From Vicinamibacteria bacterium (GTDB taxonomy: Bacteria; Acidobacteriota; Vicinamibacteria; Marinacidobacterales; Marinacidobacteraceae), in contig OY729431.1 of assembly GCA_963422395.1 (NCBI GenBank), forward strand, positions 1,024,001 to 1,088,000: DNA of 64,000 bases, written 5' to 3'. The notes beneath the pieces were generated by a model, which worked only from the letters and a program-made list of their open reading frames with translations, did no database searches and was not told where the DNA came from. Both the position numbers and the translations under genes were made by a program. Position 1 is the stretch's first letter, and each line of letters opens with the position of its first letter. Below are positions 49,339-59,211 of this stretch, in pieces.

Positions 49339-50337
49339 GTGGGCGCTGCGCCCACCGCCCGGGAAGCGAACCGCAGTGGGGCTCGGCGCCTCGCCGCCGC
49401 TGGGGTCTCCTCTCCGGCCTTCGATGCGGGGCTGCTGCTTCGCACCGCGGCGGGGTGGTCCGCGGCCGACCTCGCCGCCCGGCCGGAAGAGCGCCTGTCT
49501 CCGGCGGCGAGCGCCAGGTTCGACCGCCTGATCGGCGCCCGCGCCGCCCGCCGCCCCCTCCAGCACCTCACCGGAAGCGTCGAATTCTTCGGAGTCCCGC
49601 TCGCGGTCGGCCCCGAAGCGCTCGTTCCCCGACCGGACACCGAGACCCTCGTGGAAGCGGTGCTCGCCCGGCTCGCTTCGAAATCGGCGGCTCCGCTCCG
49701 GATCGCCGATGTCGGGTGCGGTTCGGGCGCGGTTGCGCTCGCGCTCGCCTCGCGCCTCCCGGGGTCCCGGCTCTTTGCGCTCGACTGCTCGGCGCCCGCG
49801 CTGGGCCTCGCGGCGCGGAATGTCCGGGACACCGGTTTCGGCGGGAGGGTCCGGATCGCTCGCTGCGACCTTTTGCGCGGGATTCGGAGCGGAGTGTTCG
49901 ACGCAGTGGCGGCGAATCTGCCGTACGTCCCCGATGCCGAAATCTCCCGCCTCCCGCCCGAAGTGCGGGATCACGAGCCGCGCCTCGCGCTCGCGGGCGG
50001 GTTCGACGGCCTCGAGCCGTTGCGCCGGTTCGCGCCCGAGGCGGCGCGGGCGCTCCGACCGGAGGGGGAGCTCTTCGTCGAGATCGGGGCCGGGCAGCGT
50101 CCCGCCGCGCAGGCGATCCTGGAGGCCGCCGGCTTCGGACCGGTCACGGCCTTTTCCGACCTCGCCGGGATCCCCCGCGTCCTCGCCGCCCCGCGCGCTC
50201 CAGAACCGAGCGGTGCCCCGAATTCTGAACCGCCGCCCTCCCAGCGGATATATCGTGACCTTCGACCGCGGCCAGGAAAAACACCTGCTGCGAGCAGTCC
50301 CGCAGGACTGATCGCGGCGCAGCGGGGGAAAGTGTGA
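49339..50337 (+). CDS. prmC: Release factor glutamine methyltransferase; C-terminus extends into repeat family A
   Basis: PLQHLTG, LVPRPDTE, DVGCGSG, NLPY, EP.LAL.GG.DGL, DLAG.PR. Confidence 0.93.
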   Translation: MGAAPTAREANRSGARRLAAAGVSSPAFDAGLLLRTAAGWSAADLAARPEERLSPAASARFDRLIGARAARRPLQHLTGSVEFFGVPLAVGPEALVPRPDTETLVEAVLARLASKSAAPLRIADVGCGSGAVALALASRLPGSRLFALDCSAPALGLAARNVRDTGFGGRVRIARCDLLRGIRSGVFDAVAANLPYVPDAEISRLPPEVRDHEPRLALAGGFDGLEPLRRFAPEAARALRPEGELFVEIGAGQRPAAQAILEAAGFGPVTAFSDLAGIPRVLAAPRAPEPSGAPNSEPPPSQRIYRDLRPRPGKTPAASSPAGLIAAQRGKV

Positions 50338-50507
50338 AAGGGGGTCTACCCCCGTTCACGAATTTGGTAACTCGGAAGCCGAACTCGCTGCCTCCGGCGG
50401 CAGTTCGGCTTCCCGGCGCGAGGCGCCGGGCGCTTCGGGAGCGGGGCTCCCTCCCTCTTCCCCGAGAACGCCCGACGCCATCCCGACGCCCCGTTCCCGG
50501 ACCGCTC
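50268..50507 (+). repeat. Repeat family A, locus 3 (near-complete short unit)
   Basis: GTGAAAGGGGGTCTACCCCCGTTCAC at 50334-50359; ends CGCCCCGTTCCCGGACCGCTC like the other loci. Confidence 0.9.
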
Positions 50508-50526
50508 GGGCGGATAGGATCGGGGC

Positions 50527-52026
50527 GTGCTCTATATCGCAGTAGTCACCGGGTATCTCGGACTGCTGGTGTTCCTCGCGCTCCGCCGCGCCCGGACCGC
50601 GGCCACCCAGGACGACTTCATGGTCGCGGGCCGTTCGGTCCCGTGGCAGGTGCTCGTCGGCACGCTGGTCTGCACCTGGATCGGCTCCGGGAGTCTGTTC
50701 GGCGGTGCGGGTCGGGCGTTTCGCGAAGGCTTCTCCGCGCTCTGGATGAGTGCCGGCGCCTGGGTCGGCATCGCGGTGGTGTTCTTCCTCGCCGCCCGGG
50801 TGCGCCGCATCGCCGAATACACGGTGCCCGACCTGCTCGAACGGCGCTACCACCCGGCCGCTCGCCTCCTCGGTACCGCCGCCATCGCGATCGCCTACCT
50901 GACGATCGCCGGCTACCAGTTCATGGGCGGGGGGCGCCTCCTCGCCATCCTCTTTCCCGGCCTCGATCCGACCGCGGGGATGGTCATCGTGGCGGTCCTG
51001 GTGACCGTGTTCGCAGTGAGCGCCGGGATGATCTCGGTGATCCGCCTCGATGTGGTGAACGGGATCGTCATCATCGTCAGCATCCTGATCGCCGCCCCGC
51101 TCGCTTTCTTCGGCGCGGGCGGCACCGCCGGGCTCACCGCGGTGCTCCCGGAGACCCACTTCACCCTCACGGGCCGTCTCGGGCTTTCGGCAGCCATCGG
51201 CCTCTTCCTGCCCACCATGCTGCTGCTGCTCGGGGAGAGCGGCATGTACCAGAAGTTCTACGCCGCCCGGTCGGAATCGGCGGCGCAAAAGGCCGCCTTC
51301 GGGATGATCGCGGGAGTCGTCCTGATCGAAGTGCTGATCGACGCCACCGCGGTGTTCGCTGCGGCCGGCTATTGGAACGACCCCGCCTTTCGAAGCGCCG
51401 GCGGGTTCGACATCGGCGCCACCGAGACCGTCCTGCTCGAGTTCGCGTACCGCGGATTGCCGGTGTTCGCGGGATGTCTGCTGCTCGCGGGCGCGGTGGC
51501 GATCATCTTTTCCACCGCCACCACCTTCCTGCTGGTTCCCTCGACCGGCCTGGCCCGTGATGTCTATCAGCGGTTCTGGCGGCCCGAGGCCGGCTCGTCC
51601 GCGGTGATCCGGTTCCAGCGTCTCTCCATGGTCGGGCTTTCGGGCCTCGCGCTCCTGATCACGACCCGGTTCGAGAGCATCCTCGACATGGCGCTCTACG
51701 CCTACACGATGGTGGGAGCCGCCGTTACTCCGGCGCTGCTCGCGGCGTTCCTCTGGCGGCGGGCTACCCCGACCGGTGGAGTGGTCTCGATCGCCGCCGG
51801 CATCGTGACCACGATCCTCTTCGGAGTCTTGCATGCCGCGGGGGTGGAGCGGGTGCTGTTCTTGCCGACCGACTACGACTATGGGATCTATCCGGCGGCG
51901 GCCGCTTCGATCGCCGGGCTGATCGCGGTGAGCCTCCTCGGCGCACCGCCGCGCCCGGAACAGGTCGAGCCGTTCATCGCTGCCCGGATCGATCAGGACT
52001 GGGCCGGAGATGTTCGGAATGACTGA
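50527..52026 (+). CDS. Sodium:solute symporter family protein
   Basis: DFMVAGRS, TWIGSGS, YTVPDLLERRY, YQKFYAA, many TM helices. Confidence 0.92.
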   Translation: MLYIAVVTGYLGLLVFLALRRARTAATQDDFMVAGRSVPWQVLVGTLVCTWIGSGSLFGGAGRAFREGFSALWMSAGAWVGIAVVFFLAARVRRIAEYTVPDLLERRYHPAARLLGTAAIAIAYLTIAGYQFMGGGRLLAILFPGLDPTAGMVIVAVLVTVFAVSAGMISVIRLDVVNGIVIIVSILIAAPLAFFGAGGTAGLTAVLPETHFTLTGRLGLSAAIGLFLPTMLLLLGESGMYQKFYAARSESAAQKAAFGMIAGVVLIEVLIDATAVFAAAGYWNDPAFRSAGGFDIGATETVLLEFAYRGLPVFAGCLLLAGAVAIIFSTATTFLLVPSTGLARDVYQRFWRPEAGSSAVIRFQRLSMVGLSGLALLITTRFESILDMALYAYTMVGAAVTPALLAAFLWRRATPTGGVVSIAAGIVTTILFGVLHAAGVERVLFLPTDYDYGIYPAAAASIAGLIAVSLLGAPPRPEQVEPFIAARIDQDWAGDVRND

Positions 52027-52843
52027 AGCGGAAGTTCGCATCGTCGCTCAGGGGCCGGCCGCGCGGGTGGAGATGCATTGGCCGAAAAAGCGCAACGCGC
52101 TCTCGGTGGCCATGATGAACCGGCTGACCCGCGCCCTCCGGGAAGCGGGTGAAGCCGAAGCGACCCGCGCCGTCGTGCTCGCAGGCGCCGGGCCGGCGTT
52201 CTCCGCCGGCCACTATCTGCCCGAAATGGTTGGAAAGGACCGCGCCGAGCAGTGCCGGGTCTTCGCTGCCTGCTCCGAACTGATGACGGTCGTCCACGAG
52301 CTGCCCCAGCCGGTGATCGCGGAGGTGCGCGGCATCGCCACCGCCGCTGGCTGCCAGCTGGTCGCCGCCTGTGATCTGGCGGTCGCCGCCGACACCGCCC
52401 GCTTCGCTACTCCGGGCGTACGGATCGGACTCTTCTGTTCGACCCCGATGGTGCCGCTCAGCCGGGTGGTGGGCCGCAAGCGGGCGATGGAGATGCTTCT
52501 CACCGGAGACTTCGTGGATGCGAAGACCGCGTTGGCGTGGGGTCTCGTGAACCGAGTGGTTTCCGAGCCCGCCCTCGAGGCGGCCAGCCTGGCGTTCGCT
52601 CGCCGCATCGCGGAGGCGAGCCCCTTCGTGGTGGCCCTCGGCAAGCGCGCCTTTCTCCGCCAGGCGGAACTCTCCCTCGAGGACGCCTACCGGGAGATGT
52701 CCGAGGTCATGTGCAGCAATGCGGTCGAACCCGACGCCCAGGAGGGGATGCGCGCCTTCCTCGAAAAGCGTCCCGCCCGCTGGACCCAGACGACTCTCGA
52801 TTCGGATCCGGACGCTGGCGGTCCGGCTTCCGATCCGAGCTGA
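52019..52843 (+). CDS. Enoyl-CoA hydratase/crotonase family
   Basis: KRNALS, FSAG, PVIAEV.G.ATAAGCQL, GLFCSTP, EGMRAFLEKR. Confidence 0.92.
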   Translation: MTEAEVRIVAQGPAARVEMHWPKKRNALSVAMMNRLTRALREAGEAEATRAVVLAGAGPAFSAGHYLPEMVGKDRAEQCRVFAACSELMTVVHELPQPVIAEVRGIATAAGCQLVAACDLAVAADTARFATPGVRIGLFCSTPMVPLSRVVGRKRAMEMLLTGDFVDAKTALAWGLVNRVVSEPALEAASLAFARRIAEASPFVVALGKRAFLRQAELSLEDAYREMSEVMCSNAVEPDAQEGMRAFLEKRPARWTQTTLDSDPDAGGPASDPS

Positions 52844-52877
52844 CGAGGGCCAGCCGCCAGCCAGAGCCAGCCGCCGG

Positions 52878-53100
52878 CTAACAGCCTGTGGATGAAGTGG
52901 CGCGAGCCCAAAGAGCGGTCCAGTTCTCCCGGTGGGGGCGGCGCCCGGCTGGCAAGGCGCGTGAGGGAGGAATACCGGGAGTATTTCGACCGAAACGCAA
53001 CGATGAGCGCCGTGAAACGGGGCGGTTCAGCCGGGGCCCCCACCGGGAGAACTGGGCATCGCCGGCCTTTGGCCGTGTGACTTTGTCCACCGGCTGCTAA
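52878..53100 (-). mobile_element. MITE family B, copy 3 (longer variant)
   Basis: CTAA-CAGCCTGTGGATGAAGT ... ACTTTGTCCACCGGCTG-CTAA (CTAA direct repeat). Confidence 0.88.
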
Positions 53101-53116
53101 GGCTGGCTGCCGAAGC

Positions 53117-53929
53117 TCAGTCGGCGAGGTGCAGCCGATAGGCCGCTTCGCGTCCGCCGCGGTGGAAGCCGCGGACCTGGTAACCGCGGGCGAAGAGATC
53201 GGTGAGCGCCGCCCGGCTCTTCAGCCGCCAGTCCAGCGCGAGTCCGAGGTCTCCGCGCAGGATCGTGCCGAGATCCTCGGGGATGTAGAGAAGGACTTCG
53301 GGGTCTCCCGGCGGCTCGGGATCGGTGCTCTCCGGCAGGCCGCCGCCGCGGAACGAGATCCGGTTGATCGCGGGCAGTCCCGGAATCCCCGGCGGGGGAA
53401 CCAGCCCTCCCCGCCGCGCTCGTGCCACCCGTTCCGAACCGAGCCGCCATTCCGGCTCCAGTCGGTCGGTCGGGAGGCCGCCGTGCAGCGGGCTCTGGCT
53501 CTCGCCGTACACATTCAGGCGGTACACCGAGGAAACCGCGCCGAGGTGGTTGATGTTGAGGTTGGCGTTCCGCGCCTGCAGGGGGTCGAAGGTCCAGTTC
53601 ACCCGTAGGAGGCCCTGCGCGAGCACCCGGTCGGCCTGGGCCCATTTGAGGGTGAGCCCGATTCCATGTCCCTGGAACTCGGGCCGCACCGCGAGCATGT
53701 GGGAGTGGTGGAACGCCTCCCCGTCCGCGAATCCGGGAAAGCCGCTAACGAAGCCGGCCAGCCGCTCGCCGACGAACGCACCCACCGAGACGGCGCCGTA
53801 GTGGACCATGACCGCGAACAGGCCGGCGGGCACCACATCGAGTTCGAAGAAGCCCCAGACTTCTTGCTGGACCGCTTCGCACTCCTGCATGTCCGCCATT
53901 CCGGCGAGGTCGCGCATTTGGAAATCCAT
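53117..53929 (-). CDS. Predicted GNAT N-acyltransferase (COG3375-like)
   Basis: HSHMLAV..QGHGIG..LK, WTFDPL..RNA..N, YG......GLPTDRL..EW. Confidence 0.88.
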   Translation of the reverse strand: MDFQMRDLAGMADMQECEAVQQEVWGFFELDVVPAGLFAVMVHYGAVSVGAFVGERLAGFVSGFPGFADGEAFHHSHMLAVRPEFQGHGIGLTLKWAQADRVLAQGLLRVNWTFDPLQARNANLNINHLGAVSSVYRLNVYGESQSPLHGGLPTDRLEPEWRLGSERVARARRGGLVPPPGIPGLPAINRISFRGGGLPESTDPEPPGDPEVLLYIPEDLGTILRGDLGLALDWRLKSRAALTDLFARGYQVRGFHRGGREAAYRLHLAD

Positions 53930-53995
53930 GACAGCGGATCGGGGCGGGCGGCAGAGTGTAAGGACAAATCGCCGAGCCACCGTTAGGATTCCTGG

Positions 53996-54535
53996 GTGCC
54001 CTCCGAGCTCGCCGTGCTGCGTGGCCGCCTGCTGGCCGCGGTGTTCGCCGGAATCTTCGGCGCCGACCGGATCACCAAGATCCTGGCCGAACGCTGGCTG
54101 GAAATGGGCGACCCGGTGGCGGTGGTCCCGGGATTGTTCCAGCTCAGCCTCGTCCACAACACGGGAATGGCGTTCGGGCTGCTGCACGAGGTGTCGTTCG
54201 CGGGAAAGGCGTGGGTTCTGACGGCGGGTTCCGCCGCTCTCCTCGCGGTGATCGTCTGGTTCGCGATCCGCTCCGGCCCTCTCCCCGCGCTGACCGCTCT
54301 CGGGATCACCTCGATGCTGGCCGGAGCGGTGGGCAATATCGGTGATCGAATCCTCTACGGCCATGTCGTGGACTTCGCCGACTTCTATCTCGGTTCGGCG
54401 CACTGGCCGGCCTTCAATGTCGCCGACGCGGCGATCTGCGTCGGCGTCGGCCTGCTGTTCCTCGAGAGCGTCCGCGAGTTCCGGCGTGCGCGCGCCGGCG
54501 GCGCGGACCTCGGCCGGGCCGGAGCGGCTCGCTGA
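53996..54535 (+). CDS. lspA: Signal peptidase II
   Basis: DRITK, NTGMAFG, GAVGNIGDR, VVDF, WPAFNVAD. Confidence 0.96.
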   Translation: MPSELAVLRGRLLAAVFAGIFGADRITKILAERWLEMGDPVAVVPGLFQLSLVHNTGMAFGLLHEVSFAGKAWVLTAGSAALLAVIVWFAIRSGPLPALTALGITSMLAGAVGNIGDRILYGHVVDFADFYLGSAHWPAFNVADAAICVGVGLLFLESVREFRRARAGGADLGRAGAAR

Positions 54536-55326
54536 TGTTTCCGCGCCTCCTGGACTTCGGTCCGCTGGAGTTCGCCTCCCGGACCTTCCACCCCGTTCTC
54601 CATACCTACGGACTGTTGTTGTTCGCCGGCTTCGTGATCGGCATCTGGACCGCCGCCCGGCGCGCCCCGCAACACGGAATCGCCTCCCGTCACATCTACG
54701 ATCTGGCCCCCTACCTGTTTCTCGGAGCGTTGATCGGAGCGAAGGTCCTCCTGATCCTGCTCGACCCGGTGCGCTTCTGGGACAACCCCTGGGGCTTCAT
54801 CAGCGCGGGGGGGGTCTTCTTCGGGGGCCTGCTCGGGGCGGTGGGGGCGACCGTGTGGTTCTTCCGCTCGCGGGGGATCGAGGTCTGGAACGGGGGCGAT
54901 CTCATGGCGCCGTCCATCGCCCTCGGACACGGGATCGGCCGGCTCGGCTGTTTCGCCGCCGGCTGTTGCTATGGAATTCCCGCGGAAGGCCTGACCGCCG
55001 TCACTTTCACCGACGTCTACGCGAACTCGTTCACCGGCGTTCCTCTCGGAATTCCCCTCCACCCCACCCAGCTCTACGAAGCGGGCCTCGAATTCGGTCT
55101 TTTCCTGTTCCTCCTCGTGCTGGCCCGCCGCCGTCGGTTCCAGGGCCAGATCTTTCTGGTCTGGGCCGTCGTCTATGGGGTCTCCCGGTTCGTCATCGAG
55201 TTCTACCGGGGTGATCCGCGCGGCTTCATGCTCGACGGGCTGCTTTCCACTTCGCAGTTCCTCGGGATCGGGATCGTTCTTTCCGCCGCCGCCGCGTTGC
55301 TTGTCCTCCGAAAGCGCCCCGCCTGA
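54535..55326 (+). CDS. lgt: Prolipoprotein diacylglyceryl transferase
   Basis: TYG, GGVFFGG, GRLGCF.AGCCYG, HPTQLYE, RF.IEF.R. Confidence 0.96.
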   Translation: MFPRLLDFGPLEFASRTFHPVLHTYGLLLFAGFVIGIWTAARRAPQHGIASRHIYDLAPYLFLGALIGAKVLLILLDPVRFWDNPWGFISAGGVFFGGLLGAVGATVWFFRSRGIEVWNGGDLMAPSIALGHGIGRLGCFAAGCCYGIPAEGLTAVTFTDVYANSFTGVPLGIPLHPTQLYEAGLEFGLFLFLLVLARRRRFQGQIFLVWAVVYGVSRFVIEFYRGDPRGFMLDGLLSTSQFLGIGIVLSAAAALLVLRKRPA

Positions 55327-56410
55327 CCCGATCGGCACCGCGCCTCCGAGCTTCGGATCCGGGGCTCCCGAGTTCACGATCTCCTTCGAGGTCGCCTCCG
55401 AGGACGGTGGCCGCCGGCTCGATTCCACCGCAGCGAAGCGCCTCCCGCGGCTCAGCCGGACGGAGGTCGCGCGCTGGGTCGAGGCGGGCTTCGTTCTCAT
55501 CGATGGCCGGGTGCGGCGCCCGGGCTATCGCTGCCGCGCCGGGCAAACCGTGCGCATCGCCGGCCCCGCTGCCGGCGCTCCGCGCTTCCGACCGCCCGGC
55601 GAGCGGGAACCGCTCGACCCGGAGCCGGTTCCGCTGAAGATCCTCCATGAGGACGAGCACCTGGTGGTGCTCGACAAGCCCCCCGGGATCGTGGTCCATC
55701 CGGGGCCGGGACATCCCGGAGGTTCCCTCGCGAACGGCCTCCTCCATCGGTATCCCGAAATGAGCGCCGTCGGTCCTCCCGGACGTCCCGGGCTCGTTCA
55801 CCGGCTCGACCGGGGCACGAGCGGGGTGCTGGTGGCTGCCCGCACCGAAACGGCGCGGCGGCGGCTCGCCGAGAGCTTCGCCCGCCGTCAGGTGGAAAAA
55901 CGGTATCTGGCGCTGGTCCTCGGACGGTTCCCGGGCCTCCGGCGGATGGCCGAGCCCATCGGGCGCGACCCGCGGAACTCGCAGCGATACCGCATCCGCG
56001 GCAAGAACGCCCGGGAGGCCCTGTCGGAGGCCCGGCCCCTCGAGGAGCTCCCCCTTTCGACGCTGGTCGCCCTGTCCCTCGGAACCGGCCGCACGCACCA
56101 GGCCCGGGTCCATCTCGCGGGTGCGGGCTTCCCGATCGCTGGCGACGCGATGTACGGCCCGAGTGCCCCCCGCCGGGGCGGAGGCCGCGCCGGCGCCGCG
56201 CTGCGCCGGCTCGAGCGCCCGGCGCTCCACGCCGCCGAAATCGGGTTCCTCCACCCGGCGAGCGGGGAGACCGTGCGCTTCGCCGCCCCCCTCTTCGAAG
56301 ATCTCGATCGGACCCTCGCCGCGCTCCGGCAAGCGTCCACCGTGGAAGAGGGCTCGACCCTCCGCGCGGCCGGGGCTCGCATAGGATTCGCGCGCGGCAG
56401 GAGTCGGTGA
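55301..56410 (+). CDS. rluD: RluD-family 23S rRNA pseudouridine synthase (TTG start inferred)
   Basis: S4 domain RLD..LSR, DKPPGIVVHP, RPGLVHRLDRGTSG, TGRTHQ, LHA..IGF.HP. Confidence 0.9.
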   Translation: MSSESAPPDPIGTAPPSFGSGAPEFTISFEVASEDGGRRLDSTAAKRLPRLSRTEVARWVEAGFVLIDGRVRRPGYRCRAGQTVRIAGPAAGAPRFRPPGEREPLDPEPVPLKILHEDEHLVVLDKPPGIVVHPGPGHPGGSLANGLLHRYPEMSAVGPPGRPGLVHRLDRGTSGVLVAARTETARRRLAESFARRQVEKRYLALVLGRFPGLRRMAEPIGRDPRNSQRYRIRGKNAREALSEARPLEELPLSTLVALSLGTGRTHQARVHLAGAGFPIAGDAMYGPSAPRRGGGRAGAALRRLERPALHAAEIGFLHPASGETVRFAAPLFEDLDRTLAALRQASTVEEGSTLRAAGARIGFARGRSR

Positions 56411-56445
56411 TCCCGCAACGCTCTTCCTGCCCGAAATCCTGGCAC

Positions 56446-56994
56446 ATGCCTGACAGCCGCTCGAAGACGGTTCTCGGCGGGGAGGAATTCCGGAAGGCGT
56501 TTTCGAGGCTCGGGGATCTGGTGAACGCGGAGATGCCGGACCCTCTCGCCATCCTCGGGATCCGGCGGCGGGGAGTGCCGCTCGCCATGCGGCTGCAAGG
56601 CCATCTCGAACGCGCGGGCCGCCGGGATGTCCCCATCGGGGAACTCGACATCAACCTCTATCGGGACGATGTCCACGACCGCGGCCTGCCCCGGGTGCGA
56701 GAGACCCGCATTCCCTTCCCCCTCGAAGCGCGGCACATCCTGCTCGTGGACGATGTGTTGTACACCGGGCGGACGATCCGGGCGGCGCTGACGGCGCTGA
56801 GCAACTTCGGCCGCCCCCGGAGCGTCCGCCTCGCGGTGCTAGTGGACCGTGGAGGGCGCGAACTGCCCATCGCCGCGGACTTCGTGGGCCTCGACCTCGC
56901 GGCCGGCGCCGATCGGCTGGTGCGGGTCCGAGTGATGGAGGAGGACGGGCAAGACGGCGTCTTCACGATCGCCGCCGGAGCTGAAGGACGGTGA
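56446..56994 (+). CDS. pyrR: Bifunctional pyr operon regulator / uracil phosphoribosyltransferase
   Basis: GIRRRG, LDINLYRDD, LVDDVLYTGRT, DRGGRELPI. Confidence 0.95.
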   Translation: MPDSRSKTVLGGEEFRKAFSRLGDLVNAEMPDPLAILGIRRRGVPLAMRLQGHLERAGRRDVPIGELDINLYRDDVHDRGLPRVRETRIPFPLEARHILLVDDVLYTGRTIRAALTALSNFGRPRSVRLAVLVDRGGRELPIAADFVGLDLAAGADRLVRVRVMEEDGQDGVFTIAAGAEGR

Positions 56995-57920
56995 GGCAGC
57001 TGCTGGGGATTCGCGGGCTCTCCGCGCCGGAGGCCCTCGCGATCCTGGACGAGGCCCCCCGGTACCAGGATGTGGCCGAACAGCCGGTCCCCCGGGTCCC
57101 CATCCTGCTCGGCCGTACCGTGACCCACCTGTTCCTCGAGCCTTCGACCCGCACCCACGCGTCCTTCCAGCTGGCCACCCGGCGGCTCTCGGCCGAGCCG
57201 CTCTCCTTCGCGCCCGGAACCTCCTCGCTCACGAAGCGCGAGACCTTTCTCGACACCGCCCGCACCCTCGCCTCGATGGCCCCCGACATCATCGTGGTGC
57301 GCAGCCGCGAAACCGGTGCGCCGGCAGTGCTCGCCCGCGAGATTCCGGACGCCTCGGTGGTGAACGCCGGCGACGGCATGAACGAACATCCGACCCAGGC
57401 ACTCCTCGACGCCTTCACGATCCGGGAGCGCCGGGGGCGGATCGAGGGCCTGCGGGTGGCCATCGTCGGCGACCTGCTCCACAGCCGGGTGTTTCGCTCG
57501 AACGCCCGGCTACTGACCCTGCTGGGCGCAGAAGTGCGGTGCTCCGGCCCCCCGACCCTGATCCCTCCCGGCCTCGAACGGCTGGGCGTCCGCCCGTTCC
57601 TGCGGCCGGAAGAGGCCCTCGCGGACGCCGATGCGGTCATGGTGCTGCGGATCCAGATCGAGCGGATGCACGGCCCCTCGATCCCCTCCGAGCGGGAGTA
57701 CTACGAGGAGTTCGGATTGACCAGTGAGCGCCTCGCGCTTACCCGGGACGCCATCGTGCTCCACCCGGGGCCGTTGAACCGCGGCGTGGAGATCTCCTCC
57801 GCCGTTGCCGACGGGCCGCAGTCGGTCATTCTCGACCAGGTGCGGAACGGCGTCGCAGTGCGCATGGCGGTGCTCGCCGAGATCGCACGCAGCCGGCCGC
57901 GGCGAACCGGCGATGGCTGA
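56991..57920 (+). CDS. pyrB: Aspartate carbamoyltransferase
   Basis: EPSTRT, NAGDG..EHPTQ, GDLLHSRV, RIQIER, HPGPLNRG. Confidence 0.97.
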   Translation: MRQLLGIRGLSAPEALAILDEAPRYQDVAEQPVPRVPILLGRTVTHLFLEPSTRTHASFQLATRRLSAEPLSFAPGTSSLTKRETFLDTARTLASMAPDIIVVRSRETGAPAVLAREIPDASVVNAGDGMNEHPTQALLDAFTIRERRGRIEGLRVAIVGDLLHSRVFRSNARLLTLLGAEVRCSGPPTLIPPGLERLGVRPFLRPEEALADADAVMVLRIQIERMHGPSIPSEREYYEEFGLTSERLALTRDAIVLHPGPLNRGVEISSAVADGPQSVILDQVRNGVAVRMAVLAEIARSRPRRTGDG

Positions 57921-59196
57921 GCCCCCGGTCCTGATCCGCGGCGCCCGGGTGGTGGACCCGGCAGCCGGCCTCGACGGGATCCGGGATCTACGGCTCGCGG
58001 AGGGGAAGGTCGCTGCGGTCGGACTCGGCCTCGTCGAGCCCGGAGATGTGGTCTTCGAAGCCGCCGGCCTCGTCGCGGCCCCCGGTTTCTGCGACATGCA
58101 TGTCCATTTTCGCGAGCCCGGCTTCGAGTACCAGGAAACGGTGGCGAGCGGAGCGGCGGCGGCGGTCGCCGGAGGGTTCACCGCAGTGGCCTGCATGGCG
58201 AACACCGATCCGGTGAACGACAACCCCTCGATCACTGCCCATATCCGGCAGCTCGCTGCCGATGCCGGTCTCGCGCGGGTCTGGCCCATCGGGGCGACGA
58301 CCCGGGGGATGCGGGGAGAGCGGATCACCGAATTCGGCTGCCTTCGGCGCGCCGGGGCGGTCGCGGTCTCCGACGACGGACTCCCGGTGCGCGATCCGGC
58401 GGTGATGCGCCGCGCTCTCGAATACGCCCGTCTCTTCGATCTCCCGGTGATCGAACACTGCGAGACCCTCGAGCTGACCGGCGATGGCGCGATGCGGGAG
58501 GGCGCGGTCGCTACCGAGGCCGGGCTGCCGGGGATTCCGGCAGCTTCCGAGTTCATCGCGGTGGAGCGGAACATCGCCCTCGCCGAGGTCACCGGCTCCC
58601 GCCTCCACATCGCGCACCTCGGCACCGCGCGTTCGGCGGCCGCAGTGCGCCGGGCCAAGGCGGCGGGGCTCCGGGTGACCGCCGAAGTGACCCCGCACCA
58701 CCTGCTCCTCAACGAAGAGGCGGCCGGTGGCTGCGATACCGCCGCCAAGATGAAGCCTCCGCTCGCTTCCGAGGCGGACCGCGCGGCGTTGGTCGAGGCG
58801 ACCGCCGACGGAACGGTGGATGCCATCGCCACCGACCACGCCCCCCATCACGAGGACGAGAAGAAACTCTGTTTCCAGAGCGCGCCATTCGGGATCGTCG
58901 GGCTCGAAACCGCGGTTCCCCTCGTCCTCGATCGGCTCGTGATGCCGGGGACGATCTCCCTGGCCGACGCGGTGCGGCTGCTCTCCGTCGGTCCGCTGCG
59001 GATCCTGGGAAGGCCGGGCGGGGATCTGAAGCCCGGGAGCCCGGCGGACATCACCCTGCTCGATCTGGAATCCAGCACCACGGTACGCCCCGAGTCGTTC
59101 CGCAGCCGAGGCCGCAGCACGCCGTTCGCCGGCCTCGAACTGCGCGGCCAGGTCGCCGCCACCTGGGTGGGTGGGCGGCTGGTCTTTTCGCGTTAG
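57913..59196 (+). CDS. pyrC: Dihydroorotase (class I)
   Basis: DMHVHFREPG, MANT.P, SDDG, EVTPHH, ATDHAPH, PFGIVGLET. Confidence 0.96.
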   Translation: MAEPPVLIRGARVVDPAAGLDGIRDLRLAEGKVAAVGLGLVEPGDVVFEAAGLVAAPGFCDMHVHFREPGFEYQETVASGAAAAVAGGFTAVACMANTDPVNDNPSITAHIRQLAADAGLARVWPIGATTRGMRGERITEFGCLRRAGAVAVSDDGLPVRDPAVMRRALEYARLFDLPVIEHCETLELTGDGAMREGAVATEAGLPGIPAASEFIAVERNIALAEVTGSRLHIAHLGTARSAAAVRRAKAAGLRVTAEVTPHHLLLNEEAAGGCDTAAKMKPPLASEADRAALVEATADGTVDAIATDHAPHHEDEKKLCFQSAPFGIVGLETAVPLVLDRLVMPGTISLADAVRLLSVGPLRILGRPGGDLKPGSPADITLLDLESSTTVRPESFRSRGRSTPFAGLELRGQVAATWVGGRLVFSR

Positions 59197-59211
59197 CAGT
59201 CTTTGTGCCCG

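Noticed and set aside
56380-56446. PyrR-binding attenuator leader
   Set aside because: No ARUCC..GAGGYU loop motif or U-tailed terminator is visible; the gap is very short.
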